NCBI GenBank assembly: GCA_963752955.1
Contig: CAVWAD010000005.1
Location: 778-64,777 of the forward strand
Reading direction: 5' to 3'
Source of the DNA: an uncultured archaeon
GTDB taxonomy: Archaea > Micrarchaeota > Micrarchaeia > Micrarchaeales > CABMGC01
Length of the DNA stretch: 64,000 nt
Shown here: one piece after another, positions 46,630-56,177 of the stretch
Layout: each line of letters starts with the position of its first letter
Position numbering within the stretch: the first letter of the stretch is position 1
Notes under the pieces: model-generated
What the model was told of the DNA's origin: nothing
Seen by the model: only the letters and a program-made list of their open reading frames with translations
The model's database searches: none
Position numbers and translations under genes: made by a program

Positions 46630-49600
46630 ATGAGCGATAGCGACACTTTGCAGCCGAATGAGCCTGGCGATGGCGGAAGCACGACGCCAGGGCCGTCCAG
46701 CCCCGTGCCCGAGGCGCAGCCCTCGCCCGGCGTCACGGATTCCTCCGCGCGCCCGGAGGGGCAGCAATCGCAGCCCTCGCCCGCAGAGCAGCCCTCGCCC
46801 GAACTGATGCTGCCCTCCGGAAAGCCGGGGCTGGCGATGCCGAGACTGCCAAACCCGCGCATGCTGCTGATCATCGCGATCGCCGCGATAGCGGTCATCG
46901 CCGTGGCCTTCGCCGCGCTGCAGCTCTTGCACGCGGGCGCGACCACCTCGACCACCACGGTCTCCGTCTCGACCTCGTCCGCCACCACCACCGTCCAGCA
47001 GGTGATCGCGGGCAACATCGACAACTGCACCACTATAACTTCCCCGGGCACATACTTCCTGGCCCGGAACATAAACACCAGCGCCATCCAGGGCGCCTGC
47101 ATAACGGTCGCGGCGAGCAACGTGAAGCTCATCGGGAACGGCAACAGCGTCACGGGGAGCGGGCCCTACTCCGGCGTCTCTCCGTATTCCTACGGCATAT
47201 TCCTCGACAGGGTCTCCAACGTGACGATAACGGGATTCAGGGTCCTGAGGTTCTCTTACGACGTGTACCTCAACGCATCGCACGGCTCCACGATCTCCGG
47301 CAACAACTTCACCAAGCCCACGATCTCCGGCGTATACCTGCGGGGCTCGATGAACAACACCATCGCGGACAACTACGTCTCCGAATCGGACAGCGTGCAG
47401 GGGGGAATAGGCCTTGGTTCCGGCAGCAACGGCAACAGGGTGCTGAACGACACCGTCTCAGACAACGCTTACCGCGGCATCGTGGTGAACTCGACGGAAA
47501 ACACCTTCTCCGGCGACAAGCTGCTGAGGAACCCAGTCGACCTGGCGTGCGACGACAGCTCGGCCCTCAGGCACGACAACGCCTTCTCGAACTCCACGTG
47601 CTCCACCAACGACTACTGCGAGTTCGCGCAGTGCGCCGTCAACCTGCCGTACAACCTGTCCAGGATAGGCCTCGCCCAGGGAAGCGTGCGCTCATGCGGC
47701 CAGGTATCCTATCCGGGCAGATACTCGCTCGCCGCGGACCTTAACGCTTCGTCGTACATCAACGCCTCACGGGCCTCCGACAGCGCGGCCGCGTGCATAA
47801 GGATAGCCGCGCCCAACGTGAACTTCACGTGCGCCGGGAGGTCGATAAGCAACGCGGGATACGGCATCTACGTCGCATCGTCGTACAACGTCACGGTGTC
47901 GGGCTGCGTGCTCGCCAACAACACGCACGGCATCTACCTGGAAAACACCTTCGGCTCGTACATAAGCAACCTGAGCATCAGCAGGTCGGCGTACGGGCTG
48001 TACCTCCAGAACGCAACCAGCGGACTGGTCGGGAACCTCAACCTGCTGAACAACACCTACGGCGTCTACCTGGACCTGGCGAACGGCGTCACGTTCGACC
48101 TCCTGAGGGCTAGCGGCAACGGGTACGGCGTCTACGCCGCCAGCGGCGGCAGCGACGTGTTCAGGGGCGGGTCCCTGCTGAACAACACAAGGGCCGACCT
48201 GTACTGCAGCGCAAGCACATACAACTCCATCGACAACCTCGTGCAGAGCATGGCCTGCGGCGTGACGGACTGCTCGTGGGCGCCCTCGTGCGCGGAGCAC
48301 ATACTCCCGTCCCTGGCCGCCTACCCCATCGGAAGCTGCAGGGCGATAACCTCGCCGGGGAACTACACGATCACGCAGAACATCCTTGACAGGGGAGGCG
48401 ACTGCTTCGACATCGCCTCCAGCAACGTGGCCCTTAGCTGCGGCGGCCACAGCCTGACGGGCAGCGCGTCGGGAAGCGCCTTCTCGTTCAGCGGCGCGTC
48501 CAACGTCACGATATCGAACTGCACGGTCAGCCAGTTCGCGGTGGGCGTCAACGCCAGCAACTCCAGGAAGGTCAACCTCAATTCCCTGAACATAAGCGAC
48601 GTGGACACCGCGGTGTCGCTCAGCGGGGTCTCCATGGCGAACGTCGCGAACGTGAGGGCGAAGTCCTACTACGGCACGGGCTTCAGCTTCCTGCGGACCA
48701 ACGACAGCACGATAACCCAGGACTACGCGGTCAACGGCGCCAACGGCGCCGACGGCTTCGTTTTCGACAGCGCCACGCGGGACCAGGTGACGTTCAACAA
48801 CGCCGGGCCGAACCCCGGATACGGCTTCTCTCTCTCCAACTTCGCCGACAACCAGTTCTTCAACAACAGCGCCTTCGACAACGTCAACTCCGACTACTAC
48901 TGCTCCCCCTCATCGGCCGGCTTCTACGCGAACCCGGTCGGGATCAACCTCGGCCTCGCGAAGAACGGGTGCAAGTGGCTCGTCGACGTGCCCAAGGTCT
49001 CGACGAGCCCGGGATGCCAGGCGGCGTCATCCGCGGCGGACATCGTGATGACTGAGGACCTGCTGTACCCCTACGGCGGCGCGTGCTTCAGCGTGTACAG
49101 CGAGAAGTCCTCCTCGGGCAACGACACGGTCATAAACTGCAACGGCCACACCGTATACGCGAGCCGCGGAGGGACGTTCGCGAACATAGCCAACGCCAGC
49201 GGAGTGACGGTCGAGAACTGCTACCTCGCCAACTTCACCACTGCGATATTCGCGGGCGGCGTGTACGAGAACCTGGTCAACAACACCGTCCTGAACACCG
49301 GCACCGCGATAAGCCTCGCCAATTCCCATTTCACCAAGGTTGCGCTGAACAAGATGGAGAACGACACTTCGGGGGTCGTGTCCGCGAACACCAACTACGC
49401 CAACATAATAAACAACCTCTTCTACGGCACCTCCAACGCGATCGTCGTCTCCGGCGGCTCGTCGGCGGCCATAGAGAACAATACCGCGAGCCGCGGCGTC
49501 TACGGCATGCGGCTATCCAACACGTCCTCGGCGATACTAATGAACAACCTGCTCCTGAACATGAGCGCAAGCGGCCTGTACTGCACCGGCTCCTCCGCGA

Positions 49601-49698
49601 CCAACAGCGCGACGAACCGCGACTACGGCGGCAACGTGTGCTCGGGAGGCAACCGCAACTGCACCTGGATGGTCTCCCCAGGATGCGCGCCGCAGTGA
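46630..49698 (+). CDS. large surface protein with right-handed beta-helix (PbH1/NosD-like) repeats, N-terminal membrane anchor
   Basis: The ORF opens at 46591; MSDSD at 46630 is the likely start. Features are a Pro/Ser-rich head, the TM segment LLIIAIAAIAVIAVAFAALQLL, repeated N.(Y/A)G(I/V)Y(L/V) beta-helix turns, and very many N-x-S/T sequons. Confidence 0.8.
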   Translation: MSDSDTLQPNEPGDGGSTTPGPSSPVPEAQPSPGVTDSSARPEGQQSQPSPAEQPSPELMLPSGKPGLAMPRLPNPRMLLIIAIAAIAVIAVAFAALQLLHAGATTSTTTVSVSTSSATTTVQQVIAGNIDNCTTITSPGTYFLARNINTSAIQGACITVAASNVKLIGNGNSVTGSGPYSGVSPYSYGIFLDRVSNVTITGFRVLRFSYDVYLNASHGSTISGNNFTKPTISGVYLRGSMNNTIADNYVSESDSVQGGIGLGSGSNGNRVLNDTVSDNAYRGIVVNSTENTFSGDKLLRNPVDLACDDSSALRHDNAFSNSTCSTNDYCEFAQCAVNLPYNLSRIGLAQGSVRSCGQVSYPGRYSLAADLNASSYINASRASDSAAACIRIAAPNVNFTCAGRSISNAGYGIYVASSYNVTVSGCVLANNTHGIYLENTFGSYISNLSISRSAYGLYLQNATSGLVGNLNLLNNTYGVYLDLANGVTFDLLRASGNGYGVYAASGGSDVFRGGSLLNNTRADLYCSASTYNSIDNLVQSMACGVTDCSWAPSCAEHILPSLAAYPIGSCRAITSPGNYTITQNILDRGGDCFDIASSNVALSCGGHSLTGSASGSAFSFSGASNVTISNCTVSQFAVGVNASNSRKVNLNSLNISDVDTAVSLSGVSMANVANVRAKSYYGTGFSFLRTNDSTITQDYAVNGANGADGFVFDSATRDQVTFNNAGPNPGYGFSLSNFADNQFFNNSAFDNVNSDYYCSPSSAGFYANPVGINLGLAKNGCKWLVDVPKVSTSPGCQAASSAADIVMTEDLLYPYGGACFSVYSEKSSSGNDTVINCNGHTVYASRGGTFANIANASGVTVENCYLANFTTAIFAGGVYENLVNNTVLNTGTAISLANSHFTKVALNKMENDTSGVVSANTNYANIINNLFYGTSNAIVVSGGSSAAIENNTASRGVYGMRLSNTSSAILMNNLLLNMSASGLYCTGSSATNSATNRDYGGNVCSGGNRNCTWMVSPGCAPQ

Positions 49699-49769
49699 CC
49701 TGCGCGTGTCTGCGGCAGGCTCCCGCGATAGCGGCTGTGTTTATATAGCAGGAGCGCGAGTAAGACAGC

Positions 49770-50075
49770 ATGGCAGCGATAACCGCCAGGGACGTCGTGC
49801 GGGCGATAAGGGAGACCGTTGACCCGGAGGTCGGCGTCAGCATCGTCGACCTGGGGCTGGTCTACGGCATCAGGGTCGACGGGAAGAACAACGTGCGCGT
49901 GGAGATGACGATGACCAGCCCGATGTGCCCGCTCGCCAGCGTCATAATGGCCGACGCCAAGCTCAGGATCGAGCGCCTCCGCGGCGTCGCGGGCGCTGAG
50001 GTCGAACTCGTGTGGGAGCCCGCGTGGTGCCCCGAGATGATGAGCGGGGAGACGCGTGCCAACCTGGGCGTGTGA
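49770..50075 (+). CDS. DUF59/SufT (MIP18) family Fe-S assembly protein
   Basis: VDPEVGVSIVDLGLVY...VEMTMTSPMCPL motif. Confidence 0.85.
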   Translation: MAAITARDVVRAIRETVDPEVGVSIVDLGLVYGIRVDGKNNVRVEMTMTSPMCPLASVIMADAKLRIERLRGVAGAEVELVWEPAWCPEMMSGETRANLGV

Positions 50076-50091
50076 ATGCTTCCCCCGCGGG

Positions 50092-50640
50092 TCAGACCTT
50101 CCTTACCAGATCTATCCTCCCGTCTTCGACGTGATAGACGTACCCGTATATCTCAACATCATCCCTGTTCGCGTCCTTTCTCAGGCCGACGAGGATCCTC
50201 AGCGAGTTATCGAGGTGCGATTCCATCGCGCATTTATCGTCCGTCCGGTCGAGCGTGTCGCGGAGATCGCCCACCACCTCTCCCAACGGTCCGTGGAATT
50301 CCTCTTCGGAAAGGGCCGCATTCAGCATCCCGCATTTTGTGTGTGCGAAGTAGCTTATTCTCTTGACGGACCTGATGTGCTCCAGCGCGTACTGGACCGA
50401 TGCCCTTGTCGCCCTGTCGAGGACTCCGCCGGCATTCGTTACCCAGAATATCCCGTTCATCTCGCAGACCTTTGGGACCCTCGAATCGGAGCACGCTATC
50501 CCGATGTCTGTCGGGGCCTGTCCCTTGGCAAGAATGTCAAAATTTATATTCTGACCGGCCAGGAACAGCCTCGTCTTCTCCTCGACTGGGTTGGGCTGCC
50601 TCCCGCCACCTCCGCCTTTGGAATCATTTGTAATTGGCAC
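50092..50640 (-). CDS. beta-class carbonic anhydrase-like protein
   Basis: IACSDSRVP (CxDxR) and HTKCGM (HxxC) zinc-ligand motifs. Confidence 0.7.
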   Translation of the reverse strand: MPITNDSKGGGGGRQPNPVEEKTRLFLAGQNINFDILAKGQAPTDIGIACSDSRVPKVCEMNGIFWVTNAGGVLDRATRASVQYALEHIRSVKRISYFAHTKCGMLNAALSEEEFHGPLGEVVGDLRDTLDRTDDKCAMESHLDNSLRILVGLRKDANRDDVEIYGYVYHVEDGRIDLVRKV

Positions 50641-50775
50641 ATCATCACCTTCTTGATTTTGTAGACGCGGAAGTATATATTGGTTTCCCAGATTTTTGCC
50701 AGCAGCAGGGCAAAGATTCGGTCTTTCCGATCCGCAATCCCCAGAGGAAGCGCTTCCCGGGCAGCTACGCTTATC

Positions 50776-51339
50776 CTATCTGAACATCGCCGGCTCGTCG
50801 GCCCTCCTGTACTCCCTTATCTCGCCCTCCTCGAACCAGAGGCCGATCTCCTTCTCGGCCGTCTCCAGGCTGTCCGACGTATGGATGAGATTGTGCACCG
50901 GCCTCTTCTGCTCGTCGGCGAGCTGGTACGAGTCGATCGCGTACATCCCCCTCAACGTGGACGGATCCGCCTTAGAGGGCGCGGTGCTTCCCACGATCTT
51001 CCGCACGATCGACAGGGCCTCGTTGCCCTCCACAACCATCGCGACCACCGGCCCCATGGTCAGGTAGTCCATCAGGTAGCCCCTGATCTTGCGGCCTATC
51101 TGCTCCGCGGTGTCGCTTACCTTTATCCCCTTGGCCTCGTACGAGGCTATCGATTTCTTCCCAACGTCCTCGAGCCATGCCACGTCGTCAACGTAGTGCT
51201 TCGCGGCCAGCTCCTTGTCGGCCATGGTCATCTTCATCGCGGTGATCCTCAGCCCCGCATCCTCGAACCTGCCGATTATCTTTCCCATCAGCGCCCTCTG
51301 CACGCCGTCAGGCTTTATCAAGACGAATGTCTTTTCCAT
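50776..51339 (-). CDS. ndk: nucleoside-diphosphate kinase (with internal insertion)
   Basis: TFVLIKPDGVQR...GPVVAMVVEG...NLIHTSDS. An extra ~35-aa segment follows KHY. Confidence 0.85.
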   Translation of the reverse strand: MEKTFVLIKPDGVQRALMGKIIGRFEDAGLRITAMKMTMADKELAAKHYVDDVAWLEDVGKKSIASYEAKGIKVSDTAEQIGRKIRGYLMDYLTMGPVVAMVVEGNEALSIVRKIVGSTAPSKADPSTLRGMYAIDSYQLADEQKRPVHNLIHTSDSLETAEKEIGLWFEEGEIREYRRADEPAMFR

Positions 51340-51394
51340 GCGAATACCCGATTAACTGAACGACAAATTCGTTCGAATATACTGCGCGCTTGAG

Positions 51395-51404
51395 TTTTAA
51401 ATAG
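51395..51404 (-). promoter_or_regulatory. BRE/TATA-like box upstream of ndk
   Basis: The minus strand reads CGACAAGCTATTTAAAAC. A near-identical CGAAAAGCTATTTAAAAC lies upstream of dcd. Confidence 0.4.
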
Positions 51405-51434
51405 CTTGTCGTATTTAGAGGGCCGGCTTCACAC

Positions 51435-52665
51435 GGCTTCATCCCATAAAGAATGACGCCGCGAAGGCGGTTGTCCGTCGATGAGAAAGAATTGTCTGCA
51501 TGTTCTGGGCCGTATGTGGCATCGATTTTCTGAAAAAGGCGTAGATTTCGACGGAAAACATCGGCCTAGAACTCATGTGACTTCGCTTCCGCTAACTGTT
51601 GATGACCTTCAGGTCCTTTTTACCGGTCGCACTTTACCCAGAATGGCAACCCTAGTCGCCTTGCCGTTGCGTCGTAGAGGCGCTGTTTTATGTTGAAGGC
51701 GATCACCCTCAGCGCGATCGCCATGTTTCGCGTCTTCCGATTCACAGCCCTTACGCAACTTCCATACCGTCTCTTTACCGCGGAGAAGATGCTTTCTATC
51801 ACCGAACGCGCATGATAAATCGCGTCGTACAGCTCCTTCTTTTTCCTCGCGAATACGACCATCTCCTTCCATGCCTGCGAACCTTTCGCCCTGCTTTTTA
51901 CTCCATCCTTAAGGGCGAAGAACGGCCTCCCGTTCTTGCTGGCAACTACGTTGCAGTTGTCTCGGCCGAGGTATCCTGCATCTCCCAGCACCTGGAGAAG
52001 TTCGTCGATGTCGCGCAATAGGAACCCCAGTTGCGGCGAATCGTTTCGTTTCCACGACGTTATCTTGTATCCTACGATAATGTTTCTTCGCAGGGCCACA
52101 GATATGTGCAATTTCGCGTTGTCCCTCCTTTTGTTGACCCTCCCAATTCGGATGTCGTACCACGAACTGCTGACCATCAGTCGTATCCCTGTCGAATCCA
52201 CCGCAACGGTCATTCCCTTGTTGACAAACTTCCTAACGAGAAGTTTATTGAACTTCCTGATGTATTTTTGATCAAGTCGTTGCATTCCTCGATGTAATGC
52301 GCTACGACTCGGGAGGTTCGGGGCCTTCAACACCTGTTGAAGGTATCCCTTCCGTTTTTCCACCTCCATGCCATCATAAGTCAGGTTCAGGGAGACCATT
52401 AGGAGGCACAGCACGAATACTGTTCTGCTGTCGTGTATCGGGGGACTTCCCCTCGTCTTCTTCTCCCAAGGGGGAGGAAGCCTATTGGCGAATCTCTTCG
52501 CGGTCTTTGCGGTCAATACCGCTATGTTTCTATCGACTCTCGTTACCACCTTCGGGTTTGCCCTCCTTTTGGGCTTTCCCATAATGTGGCATCGACGGAA
52601 AGGAACAAAATCTTACCGCCCGAAAAGGTCAGGATTAGCGTCGGCATGAATTATGGGATGAAGCC
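51435..52665 (-). mobile_element. IS4/IS5-superfamily insertion sequence, 1231 bp
   Basis: IR GGCTTCATCCCATAAAGAATGACGCCG vs rc GGCTTCATCCCATAATTCATGCCGACG. 9-bp TSD GCTTCACAC (51426-51434 and 52666-52674). Confidence 0.9.
51620..52582 (-). CDS. DDE transposase (IS4/IS5, YREK motif)
   Basis: AVDSTGIRL, GDAGYLGRDN and YHARSVIESIFSAVKRRYG (Y-2-R-3-E-6-K). Confidence 0.85.
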   Translation of the reverse strand: MGKPKRRANPKVVTRVDRNIAVLTAKTAKRFANRLPPPWEKKTRGSPPIHDSRTVFVLCLLMVSLNLTYDGMEVEKRKGYLQQVLKAPNLPSRSALHRGMQRLDQKYIRKFNKLLVRKFVNKGMTVAVDSTGIRLMVSSSWYDIRIGRVNKRRDNAKLHISVALRRNIIVGYKITSWKRNDSPQLGFLLRDIDELLQVLGDAGYLGRDNCNVVASKNGRPFFALKDGVKSRAKGSQAWKEMVVFARKKKELYDAIYHARSVIESIFSAVKRRYGSCVRAVNRKTRNMAIALRVIAFNIKQRLYDATARRLGLPFWVKCDR

Positions 52666-52721
52666 GCTTCACACGTATCTTTAAATACAGTCAGACGCAC
52701 AATTACTCTGGGGAATACGGT

Positions 52722-53963
52722 ATGCCTATGCTTTGCCATGAGGATCTTGTGGACCACCTGAGAGACGGAAGTCTAGAAATAGATGGTATTAAACAGGGAT
52801 CAGTCCAAGAAAGTTCAATTCAAGTGCGTCTATCAGATCTGTTCATAAATAGATCCACTCATGAGGAGACACGAGTGGGAAAGGGTGAGCCATACATTAT
52901 AAGACCAGGGGGATCTGTCGATGCCTTTACACGTGAAAGCGTAAGAAATCTACCTACTGATCTAGGGGTCTATGAAAATAGATTCGGCGTAAATGAGGAG
53001 CGCATAATAGAGGTCGATTTTGTAAATAAATCTAGCTTGGCAAGACTAGGACTTCAGGTCTGTCGTAAGTTTTATCGTCAGCATGAAGGCGATGAGCAGA
53101 TTCCCTTAACCATTCTCAACCTTAACCCAAAGCACCCAGTGGCAGTATTTTCAGAGATGCCCGTAGGCGCGTTAGTGTTCATGTTCGATCTCAAGCCCCG
53201 TATTGCCCTAGCCCCGCTGCCCAATGTGGGTCTACATGTACCTAAAATCCCATGGACCCGCTGCCATTTTACGTATGAACTTTACGGAGCAGAGCTCTTA
53301 GATTATGTGAACGCCGAAAAGGTCATAGCTCCCTTTGACAAGAAGATGGTTGGATTTGAGTCAATCAGACTGACCCTGGGTAACGTGTTTCTAGTACAGG
53401 GGCCCTCGAAGGTTCCGTACCTAAATCCGAGGTGTGACCTTGGAGAAACGATGGAGAAAGTAACTGTGAAATCTGGTGGCACCTTTTCTCTCGAGCCCAA
53501 AGGATTTGCTCTGGGTTCAACAGAGCAACGGATAAAAATGCCGAACAATCTAGTTGGTCACATAGATCAGTATGATTTAGACGTAACGAATCGCGAAGTG
53601 GTTCTGCCCTGGCTACGGGACGTATCATCAAATCCTGCTAATCTTGTCTGGCCTGGGTTTGATGGAAACCTTACCTTGGAATTTTTCAATCCGACAAATC
53701 GTACAATAAGACTGCGCCCCGGTAGCGTGTGCAATGACCTATTGCTTATGCATACTTCACAATCGACTAGGTTTGTTGTAAGTACGAAATATGGTGGTTC
53801 CGCTGAACCACTACCCTGCAGAATGCACAAGGAGTATGAGAAGCCGCCTTTAGTAGCTGAACAGAGAACTCCGTTAGAAGTCAAAGCCGATAAGCTAGGG
53901 CTGCTACTAAGAGCTGAAGATTCCAAAACGCCGCCGACTAACTTACGCAAAGTAATGGCGTAA
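52722..53963 (+). CDS. tandem dCTP deaminase/dUTPase-fold protein (two Dcd-like halves, 413 aa)
   Basis: Half 1 has IQVRLSDLF, YIIRPGGSVDAFTRESV, NKSSLARLGLQV and PLTILNLNP. Half 2 has IRLTLGNVF, FSLEPKGFALGSTEQRIKMP, VWPGFDGNLTLEFFNPTNRTIRLRPG and STKYGG. Compared by eye with E. coli Dcd and with the local dcd. Confidence 0.6.
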   Translation: MPMLCHEDLVDHLRDGSLEIDGIKQGSVQESSIQVRLSDLFINRSTHEETRVGKGEPYIIRPGGSVDAFTRESVRNLPTDLGVYENRFGVNEERIIEVDFVNKSSLARLGLQVCRKFYRQHEGDEQIPLTILNLNPKHPVAVFSEMPVGALVFMFDLKPRIALAPLPNVGLHVPKIPWTRCHFTYELYGAELLDYVNAEKVIAPFDKKMVGFESIRLTLGNVFLVQGPSKVPYLNPRCDLGETMEKVTVKSGGTFSLEPKGFALGSTEQRIKMPNNLVGHIDQYDLDVTNREVVLPWLRDVSSNPANLVWPGFDGNLTLEFFNPTNRTIRLRPGSVCNDLLLMHTSQSTRFVVSTKYGGSAEPLPCRMHKEYEKPPLVAEQRTPLEVKADKLGLLLRAEDSKTPPTNLRKVMA

Positions 53964-54000
53964 TCAATTATCTGCCAAGAGTCCTAGTCGCGTTACCTTC

Positions 54001-54573
54001 CTAATTCTGTTTCTCAAGCTTCTCCGCAGCCACCCTTCCGCCCTTCCACTGCCCTTCGTACGCCCTGTGCAGGTCGCCGACCACCTGCATGAAGACGACG
54101 TTCGCTATCCGGGCGCCCAGGTCCAGCTCGAATTTCGATTTCCCCATGTTCGCCATCCCGAACGTGAGCTCCCCCGAATATCCGGGGTCGGTCTTGGTCG
54201 CCATCAGGTGGACGCCGCACCTCTGCAGGGTGCTCCGCGGGTAGACGTGGATCGTGAGGAACGTGGGTTTGCTTCCTTCCTCGGTGACTATCTTTTCCGA
54301 GGGCAGGCTGACGCTCTCCATGGTCTTGACGAGCACGAACTCCCCGGGCAGGAGGGTAAACTTCCTGTCCCCCTTATTTACGTCCGCGACCTTCTCTATG
54401 TCGGGAGTCTTCCTGTCCTCGACACCGAGATAGCCGTCGCCCCTTATGAGGTATATCTCGCCGGCGCGTATGTCGAAGCCAGTGCCCTCCGGCGAGTACT
54501 CCCTCTCGGCCAGATTGCTGATGAGCTTGTATTTTTCGTTTAGCTCCAGAATCCTCTTGGCTGACACTATCAA
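54001..54573 (-). CDS. dcd: dCTP deaminase / dUTPase-family enzyme
   Basis: FDIRAGEIY, LLPGEFVLVKTMESVSLP, PRSTLQRCGV and TDPGYSGELTFGMANMG. Confidence 0.8.
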   Translation of the reverse strand: MIVSAKRILELNEKYKLISNLAEREYSPEGTGFDIRAGEIYLIRGDGYLGVEDRKTPDIEKVADVNKGDRKFTLLPGEFVLVKTMESVSLPSEKIVTEEGSKPTFLTIHVYPRSTLQRCGVHLMATKTDPGYSGELTFGMANMGKSKFELDLGARIANVVFMQVVGDLHRAYEGQWKGGRVAAEKLEKQN

Positions 54574-54606
54574 ATTAAGACACCGTACTCAGATATGGCT
54601 CTGATG

Positions 54607-54616
54607 TTTTAAATAG
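54607..54616 (-). promoter_or_regulatory. BRE/TATA-like box upstream of dcd
   Basis: The minus strand reads CGAAAAGCTATTTAAAAC, about 35 nt upstream of ATG 54573. Confidence 0.4.
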
Positions 54617-54639
54617 CTTTTCGCTGTTGCGGCATCCGA

Positions 54640-56177
54640 GTTATTATCTTGACTTCGCCAAATAGGCCGCGAAGTATCTGACAGTTGTCTCCAACCCAAT
54701 TTGCCAAAACAATTTCTACCAGCGCAGGTTTAGGTTTTTCGTACCGTATTTGCGCAGGAAACCTCCGAAAATCTCCGAAATCGGGGGCGAAATGTTGCTC
54801 ACCACTGCGAATTTGAACCGTCCTGGAGGGTAAACGAAGGTCACTGTCAAATTCGTCAGGTATTTTTTGAGGAGCTTCACGTTCTTGACGAGGGGATTCT
54901 TGCACGGAAGCAGTGTCAAACTGACCATGGCTTCCGCGAGGAAGGCGATGAGGATCGCGCCGATTATCGCGTATTTAGTCCAGTGCCTGACCGGCCTGAG
55001 TTCGATCCCCTCCTTCATATTGCGCACGAGTTTCTCCGCGGCGTCCCTCTGCTTGTATATCCGCAGTATCTCTTCGGGAGTCGCGTCGACGGTGCTCTCT
55101 AGGATGAAGAACCCCTCTATCCCGTTTATGTAGGGGTTCTCGACGCATCCCAGTGCAATCTGGAGTTCGGGATAAAGTTCGACCCATCCCTTCTCACAGG
55201 GGTAAGTCTCCACCGCCTTGCGCTTTCCCGCTTTCTTCGCGAGTTTGTTACCCTTCTCCTTTCGCCTTTCGAACTTCCTGTTCTTGTTGCGTATCTGCGT
55301 CTCGAGAAGCGTCCTTGAGAAGTAGATGTATTGGAATTCGCCACCCTCCTTCACCTTCACAGCAAGGTAGGTATTGCCTCCGATGTTTATCGTCGATTTC
55401 TCCGCGGACTTGAACAGGGCGATGTATCTGCGATAGTTTTTGACGTTCTTCTGCTTCAGCGTCAGGTAGTTGAACCCGTCGAAGACAATCCGCGCCTTGT
55501 TCTCCTTCGTGTTCGCGCCGCAGTCGAATATCAGCAGGGAACCCTTCTGCAGTATCCTCTTGACGACGTTGTACGTCTCGGTAAAGTGCTTCTTGTCCAA
55601 CACGTTGCCCTTCTGTATCGTCAGCGCGGTGGGAATACCGTTTATCCCCGTCGCTATCCCGAAGGTCACCTGTCTCTTGTCAGGGCGGTGGTCCCTGGAA
55701 TAGCCCAATGCGCCCATCTCTGCCTTCTTCCCCTCGAAGTATATCGACGACCAGTCGATGTTCTGGTCCTTGTCGGCAAGGTTCCTCGCATTGAGGAAAT
55801 CCTGGTACTTTTCGATTATTGCTGGCGCAAGCAACCCGACCTTCTCGACGGTTCTGTACAGCGATCTCTCCGAGACGTACTCCGCGCCGAGAAGCGCACA
55901 GGTGTCTTCAGAGGAGGTGGGAATTACCTGGTGTATAGACGTCGCGAAAGTCAGGCGGTTGTTTAGGAGCAATTTCAACCGCCCGACGTATGCGGGACTC
56001 ATGATCCCTCCGAAAACCGAGGAGATCAGACCGAAATCATTTTCTACTTTGTCGATGATAGCTATACCGCCCAAGGGCGTCGTTGTATTTTTCATGTTAA
56101 TCGATGAAAATACCGCCCTTGGCATAAAAATAGTTTTCGTCAGTTCACGAGAGAAGTGGCGAGGTTAAGTTATAATA
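54640..56177 (-). mobile_element. IS1634-family insertion sequence (boundaries approximate)
   Basis: Contains the transposase. The only candidate IR found is weak: AGTTATTATCTTGACTTCGCCA (54640-54661) vs rc of 56156-56177 (15/22). No TSD identified. Confidence 0.45.
54716..56125 (-). CDS. IS1634-family DDE transposase
   Basis: GYSRDHRPDKRQV signature, FDCGANTKEN and RQRDAAEKLVRNMK. Confidence 0.85.
   Translation of the reverse strand: MPRAVFSSINMKNTTTPLGGIAIIDKVENDFGLISSVFGGIMSPAYVGRLKLLLNNRLTFATSIHQVIPTSSEDTCALLGAEYVSERSLYRTVEKVGLLAPAIIEKYQDFLNARNLADKDQNIDWSSIYFEGKKAEMGALGYSRDHRPDKRQVTFGIATGINGIPTALTIQKGNVLDKKHFTETYNVVKRILQKGSLLIFDCGANTKENKARIVFDGFNYLTLKQKNVKNYRRYIALFKSAEKSTINIGGNTYLAVKVKEGGEFQYIYFSRTLLETQIRNKNRKFERRKEKGNKLAKKAGKRKAVETYPCEKGWVELYPELQIALGCVENPYINGIEGFFILESTVDATPEEILRIYKQRDAAEKLVRNMKEGIELRPVRHWTKYAIIGAILIAFLAEAMVSLTLLPCKNPLVKNVKLLKKYLTNLTVTFVYPPGRFKFAVVSNISPPISEIFGGFLRKYGTKNLNLRW

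Noticed and set aside
51513-52596. Direct repeats ATGTGGCATCGA (about 51515 and 52585) considered as ends of the IS4/IS5-like element.
   Set aside because: They are in direct orientation and lie inside the element. The true ends are the 27-bp IRs starting GGCTTCATCCC with the 9-bp duplication GCTTCACAC.
54640-56177. Exact boundaries and TSD of the IS1634-like element.
   Set aside because: I found only a weak 15/22 inverted repeat and no duplication. The coordinates are approximate, and the effect on the tyrA 3' end is unresolved.
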